A DNA stretch of 63,308 nucleotides, filler included, from Folioceros fuciformis (taxonomy: Eukaryota): NCBI GenBank assembly GCA_049999805.1. It is 7 parts of 7 records of this genome, joined end to end, with 100 filler letters (N's around TTAATTAATTAA, not from the genome) between each part and the next. Parts side by side here need not be neighbours in the genome. Positions count along the whole stretch, not along the records: positions 32,564 to 46,809 come from JBNGIO010004141.1; positions 46,910 to 53,115 come from JBNGIO010004145.1; 5 more parts are not named here. One strand, 5' to 3'. Shown in pieces: positions 35,735-49,900 of this stretch. The position numbers and the translations under genes are program-made. Each line of letters opens with the position of its first letter. Positions within the stretch are counted from its first letter, which is position 1. Under the pieces are notes generated by a model. It worked only from the letters and a program-made list of their open reading frames with translations. It did not search any database and had not been told where the DNA came from.

Positions 35735-38700
35735 TCATCGCTGCTGCCTGTGGATGCCATGCTCATTGCCCCGCTCTCCACTGGTCTGCTGCTGCCTTTG
35801 CCAGTCGTTCAGGAACCCAAACACTTCCTCTTCAACCTCCTCCCACGTTTCGACACTTCGCAGGGCTTCCTTCACCTGGAACAGCACTTTCCAGGCCCGA
35901 AGCCTGTACAACAAAACGTAGCACCTGCCAGCAGCGAATACCACACGATTGTTGTTAGCACAACCCTTGCCCTACATAGCTCTCACTCAGCCTGTAGCTC
36001 GTGCTTTCTCCACATACATTGCCTTGTAGGAGACTCGAGGCCCGCCTTCTGATCCCGCCCAGACTGGCAGATCGTACTCCTGTAAGAATCTTTGCATCAA
36101 GGGCACGTCTCCTCTGAAAATGTCCAAGTATATGGCTATGAAGTCGTATAAAGGGTCCCCTGCGCGCATTTTCTCAAGTCAGCATGCATGCACCTACTGC
36201 CTCGCTTTCTACATCACCAAGGATTAAGATGATACCAACCCAGATTGAGGTCGCCCAAATCTATGATATGGCTGGCCGTTGCCTGTCCTCCGACACACTT
36301 CCCATTTTCTGCCTCCAGGTTTGGGGCCATCTGAACGTTGTCCAGCATGATGTCCATGTGTATCCAAACTGGGTGCCGTACAGATGTGGCTATACCGCCT
36401 TCAATCTGCAAAACATGACTAATGATATTTGGACCCTAGGTGAAGGCAGGTAGCTGTCAAGTTTACTCTAAAAGTCATAAAACATACAAACCCTGAGGAA
36501 ATCAATCACAGTTGCTGGATCTCTTGGAAGGTAGACGTCAACTTGTTTCCTAAGATGGTCCGGAACCATCTCCCTGTTCAGAGATCATCGAAATTCAGCG
36601 TCAAAGAACATGACGCTCAACCTTTGTAGCCACAACCTAGTAGAAGCAAGATATGTACCATTCGTCAAGTTTGTCAGTGATCTGTTCCCTCTTCTCTCGC
36701 AAAAAGCATACAAAATTTTGCCATTCCCAAGGCACTGTGTAGGTCCATTTGCCACCAGGTTTTAGCCTCTCGTCACCGTTACTAGCTGGAATTGTTGCCA
36801 CAGGATACCTTTCATGCGAACTCCCATCTCCGTGCCTGCTCTCTTTCACATGCGTCCCCATTCCCTCAACGGCAAAGCTCTCATTGTCATTCTCCAAAAG
36901 CCCCTCTGGAAGGGGTGCACTGTGAAGGTTCCGAACTTGTTGACCCAGGAACGATGCAACTTCCATCATGTCTCCACTTGTGAGCTCTTTTCGTCTGTAC
37001 AATCTTACAGTCACATTATATGTTACAGGAATACAGGGGTAAGCTGCCAGAACTGCATCAAATTCACGTCCAGATGTCACGTCTACACAAGGCAAGCGCA
37101 GTAACCCTTACATTTCCGCGAGATTCTTTCCCATGCACCGCTCCATGATGATGTAAGGGCAGAATAGGGCCTTCTTACCAACACCTGCCTCCCCATCAGC
37201 AGCCCTTTGAGCCAATCTAGACCACTTCGTTCGGATTCTTTGATCCCGCTTCTCACTCTCTCTTGTACGCTTCTTTATCAAAGTAGTGTCCTGTCCTTCA
37301 GCAGGAGGGATTTCACCCACACCATCCCAAGGTACAGCTTTGAACTTTTCTCCATCAGGATGAATGATTCCGCTGCCTATAAGAGCCGGAATATGTTTCT
37401 CCAGCTGCGACTTACTCTCCCTGATCAGGGCGTAGAACTCCAGCTGGTGGGACATTCAGATATTAAAACCCATCGACCAAACCCAACGCCTACGACAGCC
37501 AAATAGCACGAAGGCAAAAGCTGTGAGCACCTCAGAACCTAGCACGTTTACAGACCCTTGGAGCCCATCCTCCACATAAAACTTTATGACTTTATCACCA
37601 ACCAGAAAGACCTGTAGGAGCACGTCAATTAGGAAGGGGCCCAGGGCATGACAGAAAAACCAAGCCAAAAAGCCTCAAGAACCACTACCCCGCATGGACA
37701 TCTGACATTAGAATCACATACAGGATTGCTCCCATCCCCAACTGGTAACTGCTCCACTCCATCTGGGCCACGGAAGCCGTAAGCCTCACAGATGCTGGTC
37801 ACGCGCTGCAACCATGTGTCCAAATCGAGTACCCTGCAAGCCGACTATCATAGTATCTGTATATAAGCAAACACAACAGCAAGTGCACTGGCATCAGATC
37901 TCAATCCCCAAGCACCTATGAAAGGATACCTTCCATATAAGCGGCTGGAGGTCGGGCCTTGCTGTCCACAGCTTGCAAAGCCACCGGCGTAAAAGCCGTG
38001 GCCGCAAGTACCCACTTCTGGCTTTGGAGGCGAAATGATCAGGATGCTCTTTCACATGTGATGACAAGATGCTGAAATCAACAAATGAAGAGTAGTGAAG
38101 CTGAGCATCAGCTTCAGATAGTCCCCTGACCCCATAAGTTTTTACACCACTGTTTCCATTTGCATCTCTGCCAGTGGGTGAAGGAGCAAGGAAGCCAAAC
38201 CCTGGAGCACCAGCGTCACAGTCGGCTGACGCAGTTTCCAACTCAGTAGCTAGCCCAACATTTCCATCAGAGTCTGCAAGTTCGCCCTTTCGGGCGATGG
38301 ACGCCTCAGACAGAGCAATGTTTCCTGCCCGAGCGATGCCCCTGTGTCGGTACCCTGGAGCCATGTCCAAGCACACCAGCTCCAGGTTTGTTTTATTCAC
38401 AAAGTTTTGAGTCACAGCTACAGTCGTATCTAAGTTCAAGATACAATGCCACCATCCACTTGGAACAAAGATTGTTTCTCCTGGGTGTTGAATACACTCC
38501 ATAGGCTTGTCCTCGTCCTTAAGTGAAGGATATACATCCATCCACCACTGCGAAGAGCTAAAAGTGATTTAGTCTTGAAGTCTAACGGGTGCACCCCATG
38601 CAAACAACAACCATATGACACCCATGGCGATGTCAGCACCTGCAAAGAAGTGGGCCCTTCATAGTCGATATCATCATCGTCTTCATCCACGTGCACGGTC

Positions 38701-40600
38701 ACAGCTGGTGGCACTCTCCCCGGAGGGTACAGAGCCCATCTGTATGCTCAAAATTCCCATACCATGATCCATTCAGGTTCTTAGCATCTATGGCATCAAA
38801 CATACCACCAGCAATGACTCCTGTTCAAATGGGACTGTAGACGCACAAGCTATGGTTCTTCACGCTCGACAGTCAAGCACTTATCCAAGGCTTCAGATAT
38901 GACTACTGGGGGGTTGGTTGCGTACCTTTTGCGCCCGCATAACAACGTGTTCCAGGCACTTGTTAGAGCAGGATCTACATGCCATGACGCCCCAGATCTA
39001 CATGGTCCAATTACCAGCCAACGAAAAGGAGGACGCTCCTCATCTAAGAGTCCCAGAAGATCTTCAGAAAATAACGATGGCACCTTGTAGTCCTCCAACA
39101 GTGCTGGGGCATACTTCCCAAACTGTCAGATGCACGTGAGTGAGGATAACATGATAGGAATCTTGCCCCATCAAGGTTGCCAAAGAGCATCGGCAGGACC
39201 ATCATCTATTAGAGTGAACAAACACTATCCATTTCCATTGTGTATTAGGGAGCATGCTCTTACCTTAGGGTCAAATACGTATAACGGCTCCTCATCATGT
39301 TGCTGGGCCATATAAGTAGCATAGTCTTTCAACTTCATCATAACTTTCTTGCCATGTGACTGACCAACTTTAAAAGCGATATCTCCGTATTTGTCAACCA
39401 GCCGATCCATAGACCAGAAAACTTTGGCTGGCCATTCCTCAGTCAGGTCAGTAAGCACAACCTGCCGCATGGGGCTGTAAGCACCTCCTTGCCAAAGGCT
39501 ACAGTCATACAGAAAAAGCCAGAGGAGCAAAGATCTTACAGGTTTTTTCCCGTCATACAGCAAACTAAACTCTTCTTCAGTAACCCTTTCCCGGCGCTCA
39601 ATAGCTTCAGGAGCCAAAAAACCTTCCAGAACTACGTGACATCGATACCAGCGACGGTAAAGGAAGAAGGAGCTGAAGCCTGCAGGTGATGTGTATCTCC
39701 AATTCAGTAAAGTACCCGCATTGGCTAAAGCTCATGAAAATGCAAGGATTCAATGATTTGCAGGTGCCCTTGATTTCCAGCATCCCTGGTCATAAGAGAG
39801 ACACAACCCTCGACAAGGGAGGAAAAAAAAACCCACCATCGAACTGCAATGTGGATTTGTTATACAAGGCTGCCAAGTTCTTCCCCAAACCCAAGCTGCA
39901 AAACCCAACGGCTCAAGCAACAACAGCTGGTCAGGAGAGGGGTGACCACTCTGCTTATTCAAAGCAAACACCCGTAGTCTCTTTTCCCGTGCACGATGCC
40001 GATGAGACATGAGCTACATACTTCGCCAAAGTTGTAAGCTTCCATGAGCCTTTGTACTCAATGATCCCACTGTGATTCTCCATGCACAAGTCCATCCACA
40101 GAGGCTCTTCGTTGCAAATAACGTAAAAGATACTGCAATGTCAAGCAACAATCAGATCAACATGCTACAGACTACATGCTTATGTACGTCACCAACAGAC
40201 AAAATTATTACATCCCCAATGTACACTAGCTGGTCTGTATGACCCCACCGAGCCCCTCAAATTCATGAATTGAAGGCAAAACAGCTCAGACTTGTACTTA
40301 GGTGCTAAGGTGAAATGGATCGGCTCCAGAAAGAATGGCTACATGGTGTAAGCTGCAACTCACAAGGCTATGCATCCACAACCTACAGAACTCCTCACAT
40401 TTCCAGCAGAAAATCGACCCAGCACAGACTAATCCAGCTCGGATCGAGCTGAGTTTCACACCCCACGCTTACCTGCTGACACAGGCCAATGACCCAATAT
40501 CCTTGGGAGCCAGAAAGCTCACGATCCGGCAAAGATCCTCGTCAGACAAATTCTGGAGAGTACCCAACGCATCCGACCTCCGATCGCGGGCCTCCTCCAT
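35735..40600 (-). CDS. JMJ21: F-box + JmjC + APH/kinase-like domain protein (JMJ21/At1g78280-like), multi-exon
   Basis: RDRRSDALG.L..L.DE.LC.I...L.P.DIG.LACVS F-box; QHDEEPLYVFD; RWLVIGP.RSGASWHVDPALTSAWN; PGETIFVPSGWWHCILNL..TVAVTQNFVN; C-terminal WIHMDIMLDNV, IIDLGDL, GDPLYD.I. Confidence 0.93.
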
Positions 40601-41299
40601 CCCAATGTTTGGACGTAACCAAAATCCTCCTGAATCCTGTACGCGGAATGGGGCCAAAACAAACAAGTATAGCCAAGCAAGATGTTTTTATAGTGACCTT
40701 ATCCTCGATTTGATTAAGAGAAGCCGCGTTGTGCTTTTACTACGGCCGTATGGCATGTCATATGGGAGGGACATCGGTGTGCTGGGGCTCACCACATTGC
40801 ACTGTATTTTTCGGTTTTAAGTTAAGTCATTTGTTTTATAATTATATATAATCGAACCTCCCGCCTGAGCTTCAACAACAAACTAAAGAAGGTTCTGGAA
40901 TGGCTATGTAGCGTACTCGTTAATTCTTGTCCTGGGACGCGGCGTTCGTACGGTATCTGACTGCTCCGGTGTATCGAGACGCGTCCAATATTGAATATCG
41001 TAGACCTTAAACCTTTAAACTTATATAATAGTAATAAGATAAACTCAAAAAACTGTCCCTTTTCTTTTTTTTTCTTTTTTTTCCAATGAATCCGCTGTCT
41101 TTTCGGACTGTCCTAGACGGCATGCCATGCGTGCTCCTCTGGTACACATAACATTATAGTTTGAGACTTTTGAATATCTCAGTTTTTTTTTTCTCTCTTT
41201 TTATTTTAGTAATTATTGTAAAAAAATCAAAAATTCCTTATTTCTTGGTTAAGGTAGGTGTCCAAGCTCTTGAAGTGAGCCATGTGCAAGAAGGTAAAG

Positions 41300-41645
41300 A
41301 TATTATTTTCTATTGTTGAGAAAGAGATAAAAAGTCTCATATACTCCAAAGATTAGAAGAGTAATTGGAGCAGGGCCAAAAGGGTACTAGCTGCTTCAAA
41401 CATCATTCTTTAAAACTATCTACTGCTCGCAAAATATCATGACGTGGAATAATAACAAATAAAAGACGTTGGACTTGTGCTTGTTGCTATTCTAAAAATC
41501 ACTTTGGCTAGTGTTTGTTGCAAAGCAATGAATATACATGGTTGAAAAAAAGGCCACCATAGAGGAAAGTGGGAGAACACCATTCCTATGACTTTGATAG
41601 GAGAACACCATTCCTATGACTTTGATAAACCTTGGCACACTCTAG
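41300..41645 (-). mobile_element. 3'-terminal fragment of the CRE-like family in reverse orientation
   Basis: Reverse complement matches 34580-34885 (gagtgtgccaaggtttatca.agtcata.gaatggtg; ctagtacccttttgg; gactt...atctcttt.tcaa.aata); contains a 28-bp tandem duplication at ~41572-41628. Confidence 0.75.
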
Positions 41646-41822
41646 ATGATGCTTGAAGGTAGAGATCCACCTTTGCTAATGGAGCCTCTTCGAAGTATAG
41701 GTTTTCCCAAATAAATTACCACTTTGGGCTACAAATGATGAGCTCTATAAACCCTGAGACTAAGCGTTTAGATGCTCATGTACCAAACACTAGGCTCAAT
41801 GCTCCATAGAGGTTAAGGTTTT

Positions 41823-41967
41823 ACTGATGAAGTGATAAACTTGGAATCACCAAAAATGTCATCTATTTGTTAGTATGGGTGAAGGCCAACGTTTCACTGA
41901 TGAAGTGATAAACTTGGAATCACCAAAAATGTCATCTATTTGTTAGTACGGGTGGAGGCCAACGTTT
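41823..41967. repeat. 73-bp tandem duplication
   Basis: actgatgaagtgataaacttggaatcaccaaaaatgtcatctatttgttagta.gggtg.aggccaacgttt twice, nearly identical. Confidence 0.92.
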
Positions 41968-43510
41968 ACATTAGAAGAATACATACTCGTCCTGAGCAAA
42001 ATGTATAAGAGCATTTCTATTAAATATCTGTGACAAAATTATACCATGTCATGTTTTCAGGTTCAGGATCCATAGTGAATTGCATTTTCAGCCGCTAATT
42101 AGCCTCTCAGTCGCACCAACGATGCAAAAGGCATAGTAAGAATTTGAGAGTAAGAATTTGAGTTCCGGATCGGCTCACCCAGCAAGAGGTTAGATTGAAT
42201 GACGGGTTCATTTGTACTGTGATTTACGAGGAACAAAGGCTCCCAAAACCGTCCAGACTNNNNNNNNNNNNNNNNNNNNNNNNNNNNNNNNNNNNNNNNN
42301 NNNNNNNNNNNNNNNNNNNNNNNNNNNNNNNNNNNNNNNNNNNNNNNNNNNNNNNNNNNGAACAAAGGCTCCCAAAACCGTCCAGACTGGAAGACGGTTT
42401 CACCTGTGACGTGTCAAAGATAGGTGCCGCACCAAGGGCAGGACCGTGTGACAGAAGACAAAGTTGGCGTGTTACGAGACATAAACAAAGTTTGTGGAAA
42501 TTCAACAATGATAATGGACATAAATTGTTTTGGACCAGACTCACACTAACAAGCTGGCCGTGTCCAGGAAGAAATGTACAAAGTCCTGCGTGCAAGCAAA
42601 AATGTACATGTCCTGCAGATATCACGAGTCATGAGTCACCAGTCAGCAATCCCGGGGGAGGGAGCAGTGAAGGTGAACCAGGGTACTGAAGTCTGGCCCA
42701 TCGCCGGGCCTTCCTAGTCCTCTAACTTCGACTACTGATGATCAGGTTCGAGTCCAGGCTCTTCAAGGTCCGTGAGAGCTGCCAGACTCTCACATGATGC
42801 GCAGAAGAGGTCGATCTTTGTACAACGGGACGCACATAGAGTCTAAGCATTCTTTCACCTTTCATTCTACGGTCACTTTACCTACAAACATACCACCTTG
42901 CAGAGAAGAGAGATCGCAATCCAACCCAAAGGACCCATCCCCATCTGTATGTAGCTTGATATAATACTCGGTGTTCGTGTTCTTGTTCGCCAGCTTCGCT
43001 TCAGCCCTGCCAGCCCGATGCCGCATTGCTGGCCCCATCCATCTGTCGTGATTATATCTGGCAGCTGTTCACAGTACCATTCACATGCTCCAAGACGGAG
43101 CTCCTGCAGCCCAAAATGGAGCTTCCCAATGTGACACTCTTGCGCAAAATGAGGCAGCCATAAGAGCCCGAAAGTCTAGACCATCAATATCACCAATGGT
43201 TAGCTCGATCTCACAGTTCAAGACCCGAACTCGATCGAATGACCAGGGAACCCATCTCTTCATAGCACCAGTGCCCAGCTCCTCCATCATGAGAAAAAAA
43301 AAACAAGAAAAATCTGCACGCACTACACACAGCCCTCCCCTGCATCCACAGGCGAATGCAGGATGCCCACCTTCTCCCGTCAAGCAACCAACTTTACATA
43401 GCTAATAGTAGTAGTAGTTAGGTAAACAGTATCACAGGCAACCATCTCCATGGATCCAGCAAGAGACTGCTGCCAAATCCACATCTTAGGAAGCTGCCGC
43501 TAGACAACGT

Positions 43511-45245
43511 CTAGGAAGCTGCGGCCACGAAGCTCCAGTCGGGAATGTCGCCCACCCCGACTGCGCCGGATGCGTCTGCCAGATAACGGGACCCCGTGTT
43601 GTGCCTTAAGTGATGGTCGTTCACGACCTCCGTCACACAGCTGGACTCCGGGATGACCAACGCCAGGTGCTCAGGCGTGATGTGCTGCCGGTTGTTGTGG
43701 AGGCCCAGGCGAGCGGGAGGAAGCTCTGCCCCGTAGAGGTGCTGCTGATAGTGGTGGTGGTGCAGGCTGTCGTTGGCTGTGGGAATCCAGCCCTGGCTGG
43801 TGGGACTGATGCTGTGCTCCAGAAGGATGCCCGGGCTGGAGGTCCGCCCGCTGAGGGCCTCATCCTCGCCCAGCGTGTTCAGGGGTATGTACGCTGGCTC
43901 CTGCTTGCAAGGCCTCAGCACGCCTAGGTGGGTGCCCTGTCCCTGGCCCTGCCCCTGCGCCAGCATCTGATTCAGGTACCCGAACTGGTTGTTGAAGCCC
44001 TGAGGCACAGACACGTTCACCAGGCCGGCAGACATGTCGTAGTTTGAGGCCATGGTGGAACTCATGTCCGACGAGAGCGGGCCCGTCGTGGGCGACAGGG
44101 TCGCTGTGTTGTTGGTGGCCGGAAATGGGTACCCCGCGGTGTATCCCCTCACGTTCATCCCCATCGTGCTCTACGCACCACCCACATGGACACACATACA
44201 TGAGCCACAGAGCGCACATGGAGTTGGCATGGCACACGTAAGTACAAACGAAGGAACGTGACGAAGGTTCCGAACTTACATTGAAGGAGTTGATCTCATG
44301 CAAGGTGACATCCTTCTGGGTCTTGGGAGAGGGCACCAGCTGCCCAAAGCTGGTGACTCGGTTGGGATACGGGCTCATGCTATTGTTGGTCACGCCATCG
44401 TCATCCAGGTCGGGCTGGTCGTTGAGGGGAGAGGTGGGCTCCCCGTAGTGGTCCAGCATGGTATCGTTAGTGCTCTTCTTCCCTCCGGAGTGCTTCTGGA
44501 AGATCCGGCACACCACCCACTCATCCTGCCATCCCAAACAACCAACATCACAACACCACATGAGCCCAGAGAAACTTTAACATGACACCACATACCATGC
44601 TGCGAGCATGAACCAAGTACGGAGGGTGCAGACCTTGGGAGAGACCTTGTGGGAGCGCATGCCTGCAACAAGGGCAAGGCCATCGCGTTCCAGACGGTAC
44701 TCGTGCATTATCCAATTTGTCTTCTCGCCGCGGGGGGCACGGCCTCTGTAGAACACTAACGTTTTCTTCATGCCAACCAAGCTTCCGGCCTTCATCACGT
44801 CGCGGTCCTTGCCAGTAGCTTTCCAGTAACCTTTGTCCGTGGCCCGGTTGGTACGCATCCCAGTTGGGTACTTTCGGTCCCGCAGGCTGAAAAAATACCA
44901 CTCCTTCTCCCCCATTTGCGCCTTGCCTGTAGCGTAGCCACACCACAAATACCCCGCAAAACGTCAACATCCGACACAATCTTTTCTCGCATTCAAACTC
45001 CCGAGAAAAAAGCTCACGAGGATGGCATGGTGTCGGCTTGACAACTTACCGGGTAGGTCCCAGGGTTCGCATCGGTTAAGGTCCACCTCAGCGATAGCAT
45101 GCGGCTTGAATGCGCTGTTTGCCACCTTGTTCACAAGGTAGAATGACACCAGCTCATCGTCGGTGGGGTGGAACCGAAATCCAGGGGGGAGGTCCATCTG
45201 GGCGTCCTTGGCCACAACACTCCCGACAGCGACGGTAGAAGCCAT
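43511..45245 (-). CDS. NAC-domain transcription factor, NAM/CUC-like clade, 4 exons
   Basis: [30 protein letters not shown]|, [66 protein letters not shown], |[11 protein letters not shown]; low-complexity S/Q/H-rich C-terminus. Confidence 0.95.
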
Positions 45246-46941
45246 GGAAGGAGAACTGCACAGAGGAATTTGGCACTTGGTGCTGCTACCAGACGAGCTA
45301 TCAAGAATTGGGGAGGAAAAAAGGTTGATGGAAGGGATCGAAACGGGTCTGATCACATGCCTGGCTTGTCCCTTATTCTTGATCTTGAGTCCCTTAGCAA
45401 GACAGATCAAATGGCTTCGACTAGGATTTGAGAGCAGGAAGGGCAGATGTCGGAGCGCTGAGGGCACTCGGACTCCACATAAACTGTACTCCCAACCCTC
45501 GAAGAAGCATGAATGACACAAACACACAGACAGACGTTCCTACAACTAGCGCAGTATGTACACAAGAGAAACAAAAACAACGACAGAAGGACGAGAAAGC
45601 AAGACAGCCATATTATACAGACCAGAGAGGGGAGAGTGGTGGGAGAGGAGGGTAAGGCAAAGACCTAGGTGTGGCAAAGGGGAGGGGCTACGCTATGCAA
45701 GGGAGGCTATGTACATTGTAAGGCTAGCTATCCAGTGAATCTACTGAGGCATAATTTCTTCGGGAACGAGCGGTTTTCCCAGTAAGAAATCCTGGTGAGA
45801 GAGAAGCCCAGCTTGTGGTTATTGTCAATGAGCAGCAGCAAGAAGTTCATTGAGCAGTCGCTGCCGATTCCCCCACGTCCTCTGCGAGGCGGCGATGACA
45901 GCGAAGGCTTGGGCGATCGCAGATTGACCATGACAATAGAGCGAACAGATGAGGCGACTGGTTCTCCGAACCCCCCGACCCTTCCCCTGAGAGCGAAACT
46001 CCGAGGTGAAGAGGATGCCAAACAGGTGGCCAAGGCTTGACACACACACCAAATTCCCGCAACGTCACCTCGGCAACCCCGGCGCTTTGAAGCTCACCAC
46101 CTGCAACCGAGAATCCGCGAATATCCTCCCCCGGCTATGGCTATGGCTACGGCTCCTGCTCCGTGAAGAAACAGTCGGATATGGCAGCAGCTAAGACCCT
46201 TCGGAAGACGCGAGAGCAACCTGGACTCAATCCCAAGAATGCGAGCTACCGCTCCACACTCCTATCTACCACTACAGGGCGAGATCAAATAAACGTGCTC
46301 AGAGCTTGTTTCCGCTCATGGCTGTCTCTTGGAGGGCGTGAAACCGATGCTTATGTTGCCATCCATAATCACGGGACGCTCAAGAGCAAAGCCCCTCCCT
46401 CCAATTCGACTCTCACAGAGCGTACAGGAGAGGACCGCGGTGGAAGTAAGGAAAGGTAGCCCGCCCAGCCCGACACAGCAAAGCACAGCTCAGCTCAGCT
46501 CAGACAAAGACAGGCCGGCGAAGCAGAGAGTGCAGCGACTTGAAAGAGCAGAGACCTCGTCAGGAAACAGGCGGAAAAGGCGGCTTCTTCCCCTCGGCAG
46601 AGCAGAGAAGAGCGGAAGATGCACGACAATTCCGAAAATGACAGGTAGAGAGTGAGCAGAAGGAGGCGGCAAGCTGTCAAGATGCGGGAGCACCAGGAGC
46701 AGCACGGGGAGCCAAATTCCCTTCCGCCCCGAATTCAGGGGAGCTCTAGAGCGGAGCGGAAGAGGGCGGGCGGGAGGAGAAGGAGGAAGGGGCGGAGAAT
46801 TGCAGGCAGNNNNNNNNNNNNNNNNNNNNNNNNNNNNNNNNNNNNNNNNNNNNTTAATTAATTAANNNNNNNNNNNNNNNNNNNNNNNNNNNNNNNNNNN
46901 NNNNNNNNNCCCGGGCGGCGTGGCGTGGGAGAGTGGCAGCT

Positions 46942-49900
46942 ATGAAGCTCCACGTGCAGGTCATGGAGGCCCGGAACCTTCTAGGCCGGGACCACAATGG
47001 GTTTAGCGATCCCTTCGTCAGGTTGCATCTGGGAAGCACCAAAGCCAAGTCGTCGGTAGTGAGCAAGAATTTGAGCCCCATGTGGTATGAGGACTTCTAC
47101 TTTAATGTGGGCGACTTGGACGTGGAGCTGATTGTTACGGTTTGGGATCAAGATAGGGTTTTCGATGACTTCCTGGGGCAGATGAAGATGCCCGTCTCCA
47201 CTGTGCTGGACTCTGAGAAGCAGTCTCTGCCGCCTGCTTGGTACCCGCTGCAAAAGAAGAGCGAGAAGTCCAAAGTTGCTGTTTCAGGTGATGGCTCGCT
47301 TCCGGCTGCTCTCGGACTGCATTGTTTTGGGTGACTGCATGGAATAGAAATAGAAGGGATTGCGATTGAGTCGAGAAGCAGGTGCTCCGGAATTTGAGGT
47401 GGACTCGCAGTTCTGACTCGTGTTTTCATGCTCTTGCGTTGCAGGGGAAATTTTGTTGGGCTTCTCTCTCTACGGTCGTGCGGGATCGTCGCACCCTGGA
47501 TCTGCACACCCTCTCCCCCATGTACAGAGTCCACGATTCTTGCCAAGTTCGGTCGACACGCTTCATATCCGAACTAACTCTTTGGATTCTGATAGCTCTG
47601 AAACAGATTCCGTGGCAGCTGCAGACAGTCCAGCAGTCCTCTTTGCCTCACCTGAGCCCTCCAGGTTTCATTTGTCTTCTCCGCTAGGAGACAGCCCCTC
47701 TATTGGCTCCCCCGATGTGGGGAGCCCAAGGTTCTCTGACTCGGGAACGCCCAGGTTTGCTGGGGATGGCAGCAGGTTTGGATCCGAGGGAAGAGTAGCA
47801 TCTCCGTCTCCGCTCGGTGACCATTCTTCCTCAGATAGCACAAGGTACTCCGAAGGCTCTGTGGACCGTAGTCGCAAGACTCGCCGTCGGTCCTTTGGAA
47901 GACTCAGTGGTCTGTTTGCAACCCGGCGATCCCAAACTCTCAACGGGACTGCTTTATTAAGTCCCTCGGAAAGGGGCCCTACAGAGACCCATCTTAGTTC
48001 GGATCAAGGCAGTGAATTAAGTGGCGAGGAAGCTGACACCGCCGCTGAGCGAGATTTGCCCTTGACGTTTTTCGAGGACGATGGCACCAATGATGTTCCC
48101 AAGAGTGGTGCAGCTGAGCCTAGTGGCGACGAGGAGGAGGAAATTCTTCCTTTGTCCGGGGGTACTGTCTTGGATCAATCTTATGCTGTTAGTTTCAAAA
48201 CCTTGAATGCACTGCTGTTCAAGCCGGGATCAGATTTCGTGAAAGACGTTACTGCAGCACAGAAAACCACAGAGTTGGTGGAGGGTCCGTGGGAGCAATC
48301 GCCAGAGGGAAATAAAAGGAGGACAGTAACTTATGTTAAAGCTGCTACAAGGCTGGTAAAGGCGGTCAAAGCCACTGAGGAGCAGACGTACATTAAGGCT
48401 GACTCTAAGGGTTTTGCAGTTCTCATGTGTGTCAGCACACCAGACGCTCCATACGGGGACACTTTCAAAACGGAGGTGCAAATGAATATGACTCCTGGAC
48501 CAGACCTGCCCACGGGTGAAAAGACCTCACATCTTACAATTTCCTGGAGAATGATTTTCGAAAAGAAGACCCTGATGAAATCCGTTATAGAAAATGGGGC
48601 TCGCCAGGGTATCAGGGACACTTATCAGCTGTATGGTGAGGTATGTGTGCAATATGCATGGTGCTTCAGTCCCCAATTTTCGTTCTTTCGGGCTCATGTT
48701 CATTCTTGCGTCATGTGGATCAGGTTCTAGCCAAGTTTGCCAAGCCGGTCAGCAATGCACAATTGGGCAATGTACCAATTGTCGATGATGTGACTCCAAA
48801 AAGTGACTGGGAGGCAGCTCTTGAATACTTCGGGAACCTTCCTGTGATACTGTGTTTATTCTCGCTGGCTTTTATGCTTCTGCACATCCGATTGGCACTG
48901 CCAGGAGTGAGGAAACTGGGACTGGAGTTTTGGTGGTTCGACTTTCCAGATACTTTGGGCGCACTGTTCACTTCAGCTGTTGTAGCCCTTCAAGTTGAGC
49001 ATGTGGCAAAGATGATCTACCGTTTTCTGCGAGCACGATATTTGCGAAGTACGTTCCCTCACCTTGCCTAGTTCACGTGAGTTTGGTGTTGAGCATCCTT
49101 GTGCCTTGGAGCTGAGCTTTGTTGTCGATCTTGAGGTGTAACCTAAGTGGAGCTATTGATTTTGGTAATTAGTTTTCAGTGGGTGGGCCGGAACGTGATC
49201 CAGTCTGTGTGTACCAGGTAGCGACCACGGCATCAAAGCACAGGGACTTGGATGGCTTCTCACTGTAACTCTTCTTGAGGGCGAGAGTCTACCCTCAGCT
49301 GATCTTACCGGATATTCCGATCCATACGTTGTATTCACGTGCAACGGGAAGACCCGCAGCAGTTCTGTCAAGTTGCAGACTCTCAACCCACAATGGCGAG
49401 GTATGGTTGGATTGGTCTCTGTCCCTCAGGTCATGGAAGGCCCATGAATTTCAAAACTTACGTGCGTGTTGGAATGTGCAGAGATATTTGAGTTTGATGC
49501 TACAGAGGATCCTCCTTCAACAATGGATGTGGAAGTTTTTGATTATGATGGGCCTCTGTCTGATCCAGAATCACTGGGCCATGCCGAGATAAATTTCCTA
49601 AGGATGGCTCCTGACCAGTTGGCGGACCTGTGGATATCGTTGAGTGGAAAGAAGGCCAAGCTGTGTGGGTCCAGGCTGCATTTACGTGTATACCTCAGAA
49701 ACACCAAGGAAGCTGACGTCCGTCCTGAGTACCTGGAGAAGGTGGAAAAGGAGGCAAAGACCAAGGTCATATGGTGCTGCACATTTATCTCAAACTGCCA
49801 CATGAACCGCAGAAAGTACTCCTTCTAACTTAGCGAAATGTGCAGATTGGAAAGCGCTCCCCTCAACGGAATACTTCTTTCCAAAGGCTATTTTCGCTTC

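Noticed and set aside
42231-42390. 29-bp direct repeat flanking an N gap (also 9 bp at 18362/18471)
   Set aside because: Most likely unmerged contig overlap rather than a TSD or real repeat.
42745-42757. GGTTCGAGTCC tRNA T-loop/B-box motif
   Set aside because: No T-stem pairing, cloverleaf or A-box could be built.
45245-46942. NAC and C2-GRAM sharing a bidirectional promoter
   Set aside because: An artificial linker (46810-46909) lies between them, so true distance and adjacency are unknown.
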